Assembly (NCBI GenBank): GCA_963745035.1
Contig: CAVUVW010000013.1
Location: 320,001 to 384,000, forward strand
Direction: 5' to 3'
Origin: an uncultured delta proteobacterium
GTDB taxonomy: Bacteria; Desulfobacterota; Binatia; UBA9968
Length of the DNA stretch: 64,000 bases
The notes beneath the pieces were generated by a model. The model worked only from the letters and a program-made list of their open reading frames with translations, was not told the origin of the DNA and did not search any database. The translations under genes were made by a program, and so were the position numbers. Positions 9,895-20,120 of this stretch are shown one piece after another (the stretch's first letter is position 1; the number at the start of each line of letters is the position of its first letter).

Positions 9895-11109
9895 ATGAAA
9901 TATTTTCTTTCAACTGTCGCCGCTATTTTTCCTGCTGCGATTTTTTTGCTGTCTGCCGGGACCGCCGTTTACTCCCAGCCGGTGGCAAGCTTCTTCTACG
10001 ACGAGCGCGGCAACGTAATTCGCCAGACCCAGGACACCAACGGCGACGGCAAGATCGATCGCGCGATTATTTATAACGCCCAGGGACAGACCGACCGGGT
10101 CGAACAGGATCTTAACTTCGACGGCAAAGCCGATGTGTTCATTTACTACGAATCCGGCAAACCCGCCCGTCAGGAAATCGCGAGCAAAAACGACGGCCAA
10201 GTCGACACCTGGCTGTATTTGAATATGAAGGGCGAAATCGAACGCAAGGGCCAGGATACAGAGCGCTCAGGAAAACCGAATCTGTGGATCTATTATGAAA
10301 ACGGCCAACCGGTGCGCAGTGAGGAGACCGCCAAGGCAACCGGAGCGGCCCATCGAAAAGTTCACTACAAAGACGGCAAGATCAGCCGGGTGGAAGAAGA
10401 CAGCAACGGCGACGGCAAGCCGGACACGTTCTCGTACTTTGAAAACGGCCAGGTCGTGCGCAAGGACCTGGATCGAAAACACCTGGGAAAAATCGATTTG
10501 TGGGGTTACTACCAGGACGGCCGGTTGATAAAACAGGAAGAAGACGTGCGCGGCGACGGCAAAGTGAGCCGGGTGCTTTACTTTCGCGGCGACGAAGTCC
10601 TGCGCCGCGAGGAAGATACCGGCGGCCGCGGCCGCATGGACTTGATCGAGCTGTTTGCCCAGGGGCGGCTTACGCATCGATTGCGCGATAGCAAAGGAGC
10701 CGGTAGGTGGGATACGCTCTATTCTTATCGCGACAATCAACTTGCGAGCGAAGAGCGCGACACCGACGCCGACGGCTTTTTCGATCTGAGAATTTTATAC
10801 GAAAAGGGAGCGATCGTGGCCCAGGAGGCCGACACCAACGGCGACCGGCGCGCCGACGTATGGGTGCGCTTTGAGAACGGCGAGCGGGCCGAACAGCTCG
10901 AGGACCAAAAGTACCAAGGCAAAGTCACCGCTCGCTATGTTTTGAAAAACGGCGCGGTCGCCCAGCAGGAGCAATTGGACAATGCCGAACCGCCGCGGCT
11001 CTCCGAGCCGTTCGGTGCAGTCGAGCGGGCGTTACCAAGCACGGGAGAGCCGGCGAGCCGCGCCGCCAATGCCTTGTCCGGGGTAGAGTCTCGCGTTGAA
11101 ATAAAGTAA
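9895..11109 (+). CDS. Secreted protein with ~13 tandem 24-25 aa DxNGDGxxD beta-hairpin repeats
   Basis: Signal peptide MKYFLSTVAAIF...; repeats such as DTNGDGKIDRAIIYNAQGQTDRVEQ, DSNGDGKPDTFSYFENGQVVRKDL, DTNGDRRADVWVRFENGERAEQLE. Confidence 0.8.
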   Translation: MKYFLSTVAAIFPAAIFLLSAGTAVYSQPVASFFYDERGNVIRQTQDTNGDGKIDRAIIYNAQGQTDRVEQDLNFDGKADVFIYYESGKPARQEIASKNDGQVDTWLYLNMKGEIERKGQDTERSGKPNLWIYYENGQPVRSEETAKATGAAHRKVHYKDGKISRVEEDSNGDGKPDTFSYFENGQVVRKDLDRKHLGKIDLWGYYQDGRLIKQEEDVRGDGKVSRVLYFRGDEVLRREEDTGGRGRMDLIELFAQGRLTHRLRDSKGAGRWDTLYSYRDNQLASEERDTDADGFFDLRILYEKGAIVAQEADTNGDRRADVWVRFENGERAEQLEDQKYQGKVTARYVLKNGAVAQQEQLDNAEPPRLSEPFGAVERALPSTGEPASRAANALSGVESRVEIK

Positions 11110-11135
11110 GATTTGCCCCTCCCGGCTGGAGCGAA

Positions 11136-12269
11136 ATGAAAAATCGATCCCGCTTTTTTTTGTTGCTGCCATTGCTCGCGCTTTGCGCCTGCGAGCCTGT
11201 GGCGGTGCAATATCCGCCGGGCTCGCCACAGCAGTATCCCCAGCCGAATTCAGGTGGCTCGGTCGCCGCCCCGCAAGCGCCGGAGGTGAGCGGATCGCAG
11301 CGCTGGCAGCACGCCTGGACCAAAGCGATGGAAGGGATAGCCATGGGGGGCGCGCTCCTCGGTCCCTACGGCGCCGGCGGCGGTTTGGTAATCGGCCTCA
11401 TCACCGGCCTGGTCACCGCGGATGCGCATTACGGCCAGATTAACAATCAGATCCACACCGAACAAAGAAAAGAACAGCAACTCGAGGCGGCCATCGAACA
11501 GGAGTTGGCGCGCCAGCGAGAGTTGGAAAACCAGCTCGCCGGCGTGCCGGCGCAGCCCAAGCCGGCCGAGATGCAGTCCGGCGCCGCGAAAAGTCCGCCG
11601 CCGCAAGCCGCCCCGGCGCAGACACCGCTCGCCCGCCCTCCTTCCAATCAGACCGGCGTCGCGGCATTGACCAAGCCGGCGGTGAATGCATCGGCGCCCA
11701 AGCCGTTCAAGAACGTCGATGTGCGGGACGTAAACGGCGACGGCGTGCCGGACCTGTGGATTTACTACGATCCACAGCGACCCAACGAAATTATCCGGCA
11801 GGAGGAGGCGACCCAGGCCGACGGACGCGTCGATGCGTGGAGCTATTTCAAGGACGGCAAAATGATTCGGCGCGAAGTGGACACCCGCCAATCGGGAAGG
11901 CCGGACAGAGTCTATTTTTACGAGGGCGACAGGATTGCGCGTGAGGAGCGCGATGAAAGCGGCCAAGGCGCCATGACCTACCGCGCTTTGTACGACAACG
12001 GCCGCCTCGCCCGCGTCGAGAAGGATTCAAGCGGCCGTGGCCGGGCGGACCTGTGGACTTACTACGACACCGGCAGCGACGGAGAAATCATCGTCAAGGA
12101 AGAGCGCGATCTCAACGGTGACGGCATCCCGGACCTTTGGTCGCACTTTGAAAACGGCCGCTTGGCGCGCCGCGACGTGAGCGCTGTCGGTCTTGAAATC
12201 TTGTCCAAAACGGAACAGCTTCCGGCGCCCGCCGTGGAATTCATTCAGACAGTGATTCCGGGTAAATGA
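11136..12269 (+). CDS. Lipoprotein: glycine zipper, coiled coil, Pro-rich linker and 6 DxNGDGxxD repeats
   Basis: Lipobox LALCAC; GIAMGGALLGPYGAGGGLVIGLITG; QQLEAAIEQELARQRELENQL; DVNGDGVPDLWIYY and DLNGDGIPDLWSHF. Confidence 0.8.
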   Translation: MKNRSRFFLLLPLLALCACEPVAVQYPPGSPQQYPQPNSGGSVAAPQAPEVSGSQRWQHAWTKAMEGIAMGGALLGPYGAGGGLVIGLITGLVTADAHYGQINNQIHTEQRKEQQLEAAIEQELARQRELENQLAGVPAQPKPAEMQSGAAKSPPPQAAPAQTPLARPPSNQTGVAALTKPAVNASAPKPFKNVDVRDVNGDGVPDLWIYYDPQRPNEIIRQEEATQADGRVDAWSYFKDGKMIRREVDTRQSGRPDRVYFYEGDRIAREERDESGQGAMTYRALYDNGRLARVEKDSSGRGRADLWTYYDTGSDGEIIVKEERDLNGDGIPDLWSHFENGRLARRDVSAVGLEILSKTEQLPAPAVEFIQTVIPGK

Positions 12270-12270
12270 C

Positions 12271-13297
12271 ATGACCGCGCAGAGTTCCACTCGATGGGGG
12301 AGACCTGAGCCTTCTCCCTCTGTTCCGCAGTCGATTTCTAGTCTCTTCGATACTTTTTCATAGTCTGCTTTTGCTCCTGGCGCTGCGCGCGGCGACGCTG
12401 ACGATCGTCAAGCCTCGACCTGAGACCCCGATCTCAGTGCAGTTGCTGGAAGTGCGGGACGGCGCCTCCACCACCAAGAGCATCGGGCCGAGCGTAGGTC
12501 CCGGCGGCCCGCGCACCGCGCCGAAGCTGGGAACGCCGGTCGCGCCCGCGGAGCGAAGCGGCAAGCTTGACGCCGGCTCACTGGAAACCTCGATTCCGGC
12601 GGACAAGCCCGTCGAAGCCGCGCCGCCGGCCAAGCCTGTTCCCATGCCCGGACCAAAGGTCCTGGCTGATGCTCGCTCGGAAGCCGTGAACGTCAAAGAA
12701 ACGTCGCCCGACTCGTTGGTGCACCTGCCGACCAAGGAGACTCCGACTCAGCTCCCGAGCAGCGCCGCCGCCGATCTGGAAGCGAACCAAAGAAGCCTCG
12801 CGGCGCTCAAGAACGCCGGCGATCCCGCCGGCATAAAAGCGCTCAAAGAAGGCACACAAATTCCCGGAGCGCTCAAGGGCACAGGTTCCGGAACGGGTCC
12901 TTTGGGCGTACCTGGTGGCAGCGCCGCCGGCAGCGGAATGACGGGCGGCGGAACCGGCGCGGGGTCGGGCGGCGGCAGCGCGACCGGCCTTAAAGGACTG
13001 TCGAGCGCCGACTACAATCGCTATCTCAGTCAACTCAAGAAGCGGGTCGAATCGGTCTGGAAATATCCCGATGGCGTGTCGGGAGTGCAGAAGGTGGCGA
13101 TTCTCTTTACCCTCGATCGCGCCGGTCGCTTGATGCAGTCGGAGATTTTGGAATCCACCGATGCGCGACTGAACGCGAGCGCGGTCGAGGCGATGAAGCG
13201 CGCGGCGCCTTTTGCGCCGATCCCGGAAAGCTTGAAGGATCTTGCCAACACGCCGCTGCGCATGCAGTTCACGGTGAGCATCGGCGTGCGCGGTTGA
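12271..13297 (+). CDS. TonB/TolA-like energy transducer (true start uncertain; probable frameshift near 12296)
   Basis: In-frame TM with SxxxH motif (SILFHSLLLLL) just upstream of the track start; Pro/Gly-rich linker; C-terminal TonB_2/TolA-type domain (YLSQLKKRVESVWKYP...SAVEAMKRAAPF). Confidence 0.8.
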
Positions 13298-13455
13298 GCT
13301 TCGCTCATCTCGCCGAGCCTTATCCCGGAGTTCGCTGTCACGACGGCAGGATGGTGCCCCAGGCGGCAGATCGTTCTCACCCGCGAAATTCGGGTTCATT
13401 GCATTAGTTTTTATTTGCGGTAATCATCACCGAAGCATTCGGAAGGAATTTTTTC

Positions 13456-14085
13456 ATGGAGCCGCAGCCGGGTCTCGATCTCATCCAGATTATTCATCAA
13501 GGCGCTATCGCCACCTATCCGTTGATTCTCATGTCGATCGTCAGCGTCGCGGTGATTTTCGAGCGGCTTTGGTCGCTGCGCAATATCGGCTCGGCGACGG
13601 TCCGGGTCACGGACGCGATGTTGGAGCCGGCGCGCAAGGGGCAACGCGACTTGGCGATCGCCATCTGCAAGCAAAATTCGAATTGCCCTGCCGGCCGCAT
13701 CTTTCTCAACGTCCTGGAGCGCGACGCCGGCGCGCGCGCCGAGGCCGCCAGCGGCGCCGCCACCGAAGCGCTGTTCGAGGAAACACAAAAAATGAGAAAG
13801 CATCTTTGGATCCTGGGCACGGTGGCGAGCAGCGCGCCGTTCATCGGCTTGTTGGGAACGGTCGTCGGCATCATCAAATCCTTCGAAAGCATGGCCGTGG
13901 CGGGAACCGGCGGCTTTGCCGTGGTCGCAGCCGGCATTTCCGAAGCCCTAGTGGCCACCGCCCTCGGCCTCGGTGTAGCGATCGTCGCGTTGATTTTTTA
14001 CAACTATTTTCAGAGCCGCATCGCGGCCTTGAACGGCCTATTTCGCATTCAGGTCGGCAAGGTCTTGCAGACCCTGAGCGCCTGA
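13456..14085 (+). CDS. MotA/TolQ/ExbB proton channel protein
   Basis: APFIGLLGTVVGII and GISEALVATALGLGVAI. Confidence 0.93.
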   Translation: MEPQPGLDLIQIIHQGAIATYPLILMSIVSVAVIFERLWSLRNIGSATVRVTDAMLEPARKGQRDLAIAICKQNSNCPAGRIFLNVLERDAGARAEAASGAATEALFEETQKMRKHLWILGTVASSAPFIGLLGTVVGIIKSFESMAVAGTGGFAVVAAGISEALVATALGLGVAIVALIFYNYFQSRIAALNGLFRIQVGKVLQTLSA

Positions 14086-14094
14086 GGAACTGTT

Positions 14095-14520
14095 ATGGCC
14101 ATGACTCCACTCGGCGGCAACGACGAGAGCTCCGAGATCGTTGCCGAGATCAACATCACGCCGTTGACCGACATCTTCCTCGTGCTGCTGATCATCTTCA
14201 TGATCACCAGCTCGGCGATGATCGAGTCCGGCGGCAAAGTGAACCTGCCGAAAGCGGTCGCCACCCAGTCCGAGTCGCGTGGCATCACCGTAACCCTTAC
14301 GCCCAAGCGCGAGATCTTCGTCAATCAAAAGCCCGTGTCCGAAGAAGGCTTGGAAAAAGCGCTGCAAGATGCGCTGAGCAACAACGCCGCCAAGATCGTG
14401 ATCCTGCGTGGCGACCGCGAAGTCCTGCTCGGCGACACGGTGAAGGTGATGTCGATCATCAAGCGGGCCGGCGCCTCAGAGATCGCCATCGCAGCCGAGG
14501 CCGAGAGAAAAGTTCGCTAG
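14095..14520 (+). CDS. ExbD/TolR family protein
   Basis: EINITPLTDIFLVLLIIFM with the conserved TM Asp. Confidence 0.93.
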   Translation: MAMTPLGGNDESSEIVAEINITPLTDIFLVLLIIFMITSSAMIESGGKVNLPKAVATQSESRGITVTLTPKREIFVNQKPVSEEGLEKALQDALSNNAAKIVILRGDREVLLGDTVKVMSIIKRAGASEIAIAAEAERKVR

Positions 14521-14707
14521 CGAAATTCCGCAGGCCGCACTCGAGTCCGGCCGCAAAGTCGTCTCACACCTGGCCATCCATATTCCGCAGCGCAATGCCG
14601 CTTTGGGCCCATTGATCACAACCCGCTCGGCGGCGATAAGATATCGCCTTCACCACAGAGGATTGCGCCCCGCGAAGCGCAACTGCGGATTCGAGTTAAG
14701 GGCGGCG

Positions 14708-15958
14708 TTAACGAGCGGGCGTGTCGGTGGGTGGCGGTAGTTGGGCGGGACGAGCGCCGCCGCCTTGGCGATTGCGCTCGATCTCACGTTGGATTTCCTC
14801 GGAGCTTTTGCCTAAACGGTCCACTTCCAATTGGAGATTTTTTTCCTTCTCGAGAAACACTTCGAGCTCCAGCGACTTGCGCGTTCCCGATTGATAAAAA
14901 ATCGTCGTCGAAGCACGCCCGTTGGAGCCGTCGCTGGCGCGCGCCAAGACTTCGATTTGATTGCGTCCTTCGACCACCGGCACCGCCGATGAAAAAAATC
15001 CGTCGGCAGCCAGGCGCAGATGGGTCGCCTTCTGACCGCTGGTCTGGTTGACCACCTGCACGTATTCGACTCCGACGATCGAGATATTGTCGAGCACGGC
15101 GAGCACGTCCACCGGGCGCACCACCGGCGTGTAAGTGCCGCCGCTCTCACGCGCAATCCCGAGCGCCGCTCGCGGATAGGAGAGCGCTTCTTCACCGAGC
15201 GCAAAGACGTGGACTTTGATGCCCGCCTTGCCGGCCAGCCGAGCCGCATTGATCGCCAAGGCGGTATCCTCGGGTGTGGCGCGTTTGCCGCCGCCGATCG
15301 GCAGCGACGGAAAGCCGTCGGTCAGAAGAAACTGAACTTTGATCGCGTCGGCGCGCTTTTCGCTCGTGCCCAAACCGAAAAGCTCGGTGGTCGCCATGCG
15401 AATGCCTTCGACCATATTGGTGCCGCCATACGGTCCGGCGCGCAAAATCTCGGTCAGCACGCGGCGCACCTGCTCGAAATCATGGGTGAGCGGCTGCATG
15501 AGCTTCGCCCCTTCGCTGAAAGTCAGCACGCCCACCCGGGTGGTCTGGGCGTTGAGCTGTACGAGCAGGCGGCGCGCCGCGGCCACTTCCGCGGCCAGGA
15601 TGGAGTTTCTCGGGTTGCGCAGCGACGGTCTGCCGACGCTCATGCCGCCGATAAAGATCTGCGGCGCGCCGAGCCCGGAGGTTTCCGGAGGTTGATCCGC
15701 GTCGCCCAAGTCGGCGCCGGCGTATATCGCCGTGCTGCCGGAGACGTCGATGACCAGAAAAATATCGACGTTTTCCGACCGCCCGGTCTCGCGCGCTATC
15801 TTGCCGCTGACGAAAATCGAATTTTTATCCTGGCTAATCCGGCTGCCGTCGCTGGGCGAGAGGATTTCCACCCGGGGCTCGGCCGCCCATGTCGCGAACG
15901 GCAGGCCCAAAAAAAGGAAAAGTCCAAAAGTAAAAATCGACAATGGACTTTTGTTCAT
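14708..15958 (-). CDS. Secreted VWA domain protein with flanking Ig-like segments
   Basis: Signal peptide; complete MIDAS (DVSGST, GGTN, LTDG); VEILSPSDG and VVEGRNQIEVLA Ig-like ends; C-terminal coiled coil. Confidence 0.85.
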   Translation of the reverse strand: MNKSPLSIFTFGLFLFLGLPFATWAAEPRVEILSPSDGSRISQDKNSIFVSGKIARETGRSENVDIFLVIDVSGSTAIYAGADLGDADQPPETSGLGAPQIFIGGMSVGRPSLRNPRNSILAAEVAAARRLLVQLNAQTTRVGVLTFSEGAKLMQPLTHDFEQVRRVLTEILRAGPYGGTNMVEGIRMATTELFGLGTSEKRADAIKVQFLLTDGFPSLPIGGGKRATPEDTALAINAARLAGKAGIKVHVFALGEEALSYPRAALGIARESGGTYTPVVRPVDVLAVLDNISIVGVEYVQVVNQTSGQKATHLRLAADGFFSSAVPVVEGRNQIEVLARASDGSNGRASTTIFYQSGTRKSLELEVFLEKEKNLQLEVDRLGKSSEEIQREIERNRQGGGARPAQLPPPTDTPAR

Positions 15959-16071
15959 GGGCCACCGTTCCGAGACCCACGCTATCACGATTGACCCAGT
16001 GGGAAAAGAGCGCGAAAAATGCGCGAAACGATTTGCGTGCCCCGAAACGGTCATCATGCTACAATTTCTTT

Positions 16072-16809
16072 ATGATCAAGGTGGTTTTTGTCCTGGCTTG
16101 CTTGATCGGCTGGTGCGCCATCGCCGACGCGCAGTATATCGTGGTCTTAAAAAACGGCCGGCAGTTGGCCGTGCAAAGCTATCGCGAGGACGGCGCGACA
16201 ATCCGGTTTTCCGGCATGGGCGGTGAGATCGCCATCGGCAAGGACCAAGTGCAAACCATCCGGCGCGCCGGCCCGAGCGATCGAAGCGCGATTTCCAACC
16301 TCGACCAGGATCGGCCGAGCAAGCCGCCGGCCGCAACGGTGCCGTCCCCCGCCGCAGCCCCAGCGCCTGAGGCGAAACCGTCCGCGCCGTCGCCCGCAAC
16401 CGACGAGCAGGCGCCCGCCACTCGGGCAGACGAAGAACAGGCCTACCAGCAAAAAGTCAAAGAGCTCACCGCGCAACTGAAGGAGCTCCGCGAACGGTAT
16501 GCACTGATCACCCGCGGCACCAAGGGCTCGGAGCCGAGCTTCTTTACCACCGAAGAAGCGTTCCGCGGACATCAGGAAGATTTGCTGTCGCGCCTGCGCG
16601 ATGCGCAGTTCAAGGCCCAGGGCCTGCCGAGCGGCGCCAATGCCACCTCGCCGCCATTTTCCCTGGATCCGCCGCCGGCCTATTCGGAAAAGCAAAAAGA
16701 GCTAAGCGAGCTGCGCAATCGCATTACCGAGCTCGAAAACCGGCGGGAGAGACTGATCGACGAGATGAAAGCGAAGAACTTCGACACCGGCTCGCTATTC
16801 TTGGATTAG
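16072..16809 (+). CDS. Secreted hypothetical protein (small beta domain, Pro-rich linker, coiled coil)
   Basis: Signal peptide [11 protein letters not shown]...ADA; VLKNGRQL N-domain; heptad-rich C-half. Confidence 0.7.
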   Translation: MIKVVFVLACLIGWCAIADAQYIVVLKNGRQLAVQSYREDGATIRFSGMGGEIAIGKDQVQTIRRAGPSDRSAISNLDQDRPSKPPAATVPSPAAAPAPEAKPSAPSPATDEQAPATRADEEQAYQQKVKELTAQLKELRERYALITRGTKGSEPSFFTTEEAFRGHQEDLLSRLRDAQFKAQGLPSGANATSPPFSLDPPPAYSEKQKELSELRNRITELENRRERLIDEMKAKNFDTGSLFLD

Positions 16810-17238
16810 TCTCGCCGCTGCCCGCAGCCCCAGAAGATAACTCTCCGCACCGAATCCGGCGATCTGCCCAACCGCTACTTCGGCTATGTAGGAATGGTGC
16901 CGAAACGTTTCGCGCCGGTGAATGTTCGAGATGTGAATTTCGACGGTGGGAATCGCCGCTGCGGAAATCGCGTCGCGCAGCGCCAGGCTGGTGTGTGTGT
17001 ACGCCGCCGGATTGATGACGAGCGCCGCGCAACGGTCCGCCGCTTCCTGAATCCAGGTGACCAGCTCGCCCTCCGAGTTGGACTGGCGGAAATCGATCTC
17101 CACGCCGAGCTCCCCGGCAAGGGCACGAACCTGCCTTTCGATTTCCGCCAGCGTGGTCTTGCCATAGATTTCCGGCTGCCGCCTGCCTAGGAGATTGAGA
17201 TTGGGGCCGTTGAGCACCAGAATTTTTTTTGTTGCCAT
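16795..17238 (-). CDS. aroQ: Type II 3-dehydroquinate dehydratase
   Basis: [18 protein letters not shown] and [10 protein letters not shown]. Confidence 0.96.
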   Translation of the reverse strand: MATKKILVLNGPNLNLLGRRQPEIYGKTTLAEIERQVRALAGELGVEIDFRQSNSEGELVTWIQEAADRCAALVINPAAYTHTSLALRDAISAAAIPTVEIHISNIHRRETFRHHSYIAEVAVGQIAGFGAESYLLGLRAAARLIQE

Positions 17239-17276
17239 CGCTTCCCTCTGTCGCGCCGGTGAATAAGGACGGCAAT

Positions 17277-18353
17277 CTACGCGGCCAGACCGCGGAGAAT
17301 TTCCTCCGGCGCCAGCCAGTGAAAGCGCGTCCTGCCGATGCCCTCGCACATGACGAACTTGATCTTGCCGCCCGCGACTTTTTTATCGATCTCCATCGCC
17401 TGAACGAGGCTGCGAAGCGAAACCTCGGCGGGAATTGCCACGGGAAGCCCGGCTTTTTCCACCAGAGCGGCGATCCGCTTGAGGCTCTCCGCGTCGCACA
17501 GTCCTTGGCTGACCGAGAGGGCCGCCGCTTTGATCATGCCGATCGCTACGGCTTCGCCGTGGAGAAAACGCCGGTAGCCGGTCGCGGCTTCCAACGCGTG
17601 ACCGACGGTGTGGCCGAAGTTGAGTACCGCGCGATGATCGTCCTCGCGCTCGTCCATCTCGACGACGCGCGCTTTGATCGCGCAGGAGGTCGCGACGATT
17701 TGTGTGAGCAGTTGGGGATTGAGCCCGATAATGTGCTCCATGGCGTTTTCGAGCAGAGAAAACAGGCGCGGGTCCTCGATGATGCCGTATTTGATCACTT
17801 CCGCGAGCCCGGCGAGCAATTCCCGTTTCGGCAGCGAGCGCAGCACGGCGATATCGATCACGACCAATTTGGGTTGATAAAACGCGCCGATCAGATTTTT
17901 GCCTTCCGCGTGATTGACCGCAGTCTTGCCGCCGACGCTCGCATCGACTTGCGCGAGCAGGGTGGTCGGCAGCTGCGCGTAGGGAATGCCGCGCAGATAC
18001 GTCGCCGCAGCCAAGCCCGCCAGATCGCCGATGACGCCGCCGCCGAGCGCGAGCACGCAGGATTTTCGTTCCAAGCGCGCGGCGATCAAGCGCTCGTAGA
18101 TGGTCGCCAGCGATGCGAGGTTCTTGTGTTCTTCGCCGTCCGGGACCAGCACCGGCGCGACGTCGAAGCCGGCGTGGCGCAACGAATCGTACACCGGATC
18201 GAGATAGAGCTGCGCGACCACGGGATTGGTGACGATCGCGGCTTTGCCGCGCAGCCCGGCCTGGCGGAGCAGCTCGCCGGTCTGCTCCAGGAGCCCCGCG
18301 CCGATGTGAATCGGGTAGGAACGTGCACCGAGGTTGACCGTTAGACTCTGCAT
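17277..18353 (-). CDS. aroB: 3-dehydroquinate synthase
   Basis: [32 protein letters not shown]. Confidence 0.97.
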   Translation of the reverse strand: MQSLTVNLGARSYPIHIGAGLLEQTGELLRQAGLRGKAAIVTNPVVAQLYLDPVYDSLRHAGFDVAPVLVPDGEEHKNLASLATIYERLIAARLERKSCVLALGGGVIGDLAGLAAATYLRGIPYAQLPTTLLAQVDASVGGKTAVNHAEGKNLIGAFYQPKLVVIDIAVLRSLPKRELLAGLAEVIKYGIIEDPRLFSLLENAMEHIIGLNPQLLTQIVATSCAIKARVVEMDEREDDHRAVLNFGHTVGHALEAATGYRRFLHGEAVAIGMIKAAALSVSQGLCDAESLKRIAALVEKAGLPVAIPAEVSLRSLVQAMEIDKKVAGGKIKFVMCEGIGRTRFHWLAPEEILRGLAA

Positions 18354-18868
18354 GGCTTTTCCTGCGCCCGCTCGAGAGCGAAGATGATCTTATCGACCAC
18401 CTGATCGATCGTCAGGCCGCTGGTGTCGATAGTGATTTTGGCTTGCGCGTAGCGGCCCTGGCGCTCGCGCAGCAGCTCCTCGACGCGCGCGCGCACATCG
18501 CCGCCTTTGAGCAACGGGCGCTTGGAATTCCTCCCTACCCGGCTGAGCAGCGCTTCCGTCGAAGCGGTGAGACCGATGAGCCGGGATTTTTCCTGGAGCA
18601 GGCGCAAATTTTCCTCGTCCATGACGATGCCCCCGCCGGTGGCGATCACTTGGCCCGGCCGGGCAAGCACCTCGTTCAGCATCTTTTTTTCCAAACCGCG
18701 AAAATACGCTTCCCCCTGGCGCGCGAAAATCTCGCGGATCTTGCATCCCTCGGTTTTCTCGATCAGCGCATCCAGATCGACGAAACGGCGGCGCAGTCTG
18801 CGCGCGAGGTTGCGCCCGACGGCGCTCTTTCCCACCGCCATGAAGCCGACCAGGGCGATGTTTTCCAT
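18341..18868 (-). CDS. aroK: Shikimate kinase
   Basis: GFMAVGKS P-loop, ATGGGIV, RPLL. Confidence 0.95.
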   Translation of the reverse strand: MENIALVGFMAVGKSAVGRNLARRLRRRFVDLDALIEKTEGCKIREIFARQGEAYFRGLEKKMLNEVLARPGQVIATGGGIVMDEENLRLLQEKSRLIGLTASTEALLSRVGRNSKRPLLKGGDVRARVEELLRERQGRYAQAKITIDTSGLTIDQVVDKIIFALERAQEKPCRV

Positions 18869-18881
18869 CTGCGGTTTCGGC

Positions 18882-20078
18882 CTAGTAGTTTTTGATCTGT
18901 TCGAGATAGTTCTCGTAGTTGCGCTTGATCTCGCGCAGCGAGTCGCCGCCGAATTTTTCCAGAAACGCCTTGGCGATTTCGAAGGCGACCACTGATTCGC
19001 CCACCACCGCAGCCGCCGGCGCGGCGCAGACATCCGAGCGCTCCACCGAGGCGTCGGCGGGCTGCTTGGAGCGCAGATCCACCGACTGTAGCGGGCTCAT
19101 GAGCGTGGAGATCGGCTTCATCGCCACCCGGACGACCAGCGGCGCGCCGTTGGTCATGCCGCCTTCCGTGCCGCCGGAATTGTTGCTGCCGCGATAAAAT
19201 CCGGTGGGCACGATGCGCGGCGTGCCTTCGCTGACCATTTTGCCGGGGTCGAAAAAGATCTCGTCGTGCACTTGCGAGCCGCGCTTGCGCGCCATCTCGA
19301 AACCCAGGCCGATCTCGACCCCTTTCATGGCCTGGATGCTCATCAGCGCCTGCGCCAGGCGGCCGTCAAGCTTGCGATCCCATTGGGTGTGCGAACCCAG
19401 GCCCGGCGGCAATCCCAGCGCCACGACCTCGAAAACGCCGCCGAGCGTATTGCCTTCCTTTTTGCACTGTTCGATGAGCGCGATCATTTGCGCTTCGGCC
19501 GCGCCGTCGGCGGTGCGCACGGGCGATTCGTCCGAGCGGACGTAAATCTCGTCGAAGGAAAGCCCGCTCAGATTCGCCGCCACGCCGCCGAGCGAGCGGA
19601 TATAGCCCATGACGCGGACGCCAAAGGGCGCAAGGAGCTGTTTGGCAAGCGATCCGACCGCGGTGCGCGCCACGGTCTCACGGGCGCTTGCCCGCTCGAG
19701 AATATCGCGCACGTCGGCGCGGTCGTATTTGAGCACGCCGTTGAGATCGGCATGGCCCGGACGCGGTTTGGTCACCGCGATCTTGTCGTCGCGATCCTCG
19801 GGCAAGGCCGACATCTTCTTGGTCCAGTTTTTCCAATCGCGATTCTCAATGCCCAAAGCGATCGGCGCGCCGATGGTTTCGCCCCAGCGGATGCCGGAGC
19901 GAACCTGCGCTTCGTCTTTTTCGATGAGCATGCGCCCGCCGCGGCCATAGCCTTGTTGGCGGCGCCACAGATCGTGATTGATCTTGCCGATTTCTATAGG
20001 AAACCCGGCCGGCACCCCGTCGATAATCATGGTCAGACAAGGGCCATGGGATTCTCCCGCCGTGAAATACCGCAACAT
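18882..20078 (-). CDS. aroC: Chorismate synthase
   Basis: TAGESHG, PRPGHAD, ERASARET. Confidence 0.97.
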   Translation of the reverse strand: MLRYFTAGESHGPCLTMIIDGVPAGFPIEIGKINHDLWRRQQGYGRGGRMLIEKDEAQVRSGIRWGETIGAPIALGIENRDWKNWTKKMSALPEDRDDKIAVTKPRPGHADLNGVLKYDRADVRDILERASARETVARTAVGSLAKQLLAPFGVRVMGYIRSLGGVAANLSGLSFDEIYVRSDESPVRTADGAAEAQMIALIEQCKKEGNTLGGVFEVVALGLPPGLGSHTQWDRKLDGRLAQALMSIQAMKGVEIGLGFEMARKRGSQVHDEIFFDPGKMVSEGTPRIVPTGFYRGSNNSGGTEGGMTNGAPLVVRVAMKPISTLMSPLQSVDLRSKQPADASVERSDVCAAPAAAVVGESVVAFEIAKAFLEKFGGDSLREIKRNYENYLEQIKNY

Positions 20079-20120
20079 GCGGGGGTATCGTAACTTAATT
20101 CTTGGGAAATTACAGCAGCG

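Noticed and set aside
9895-12269. RHS/YD toxin or EF-hand protein interpretation of the repeat proteins
   Set aside because: No RHS core (DPxG) motif, toxin tip or immunity gene. The acidic loops are flanked by beta-type rather than helical sequence.
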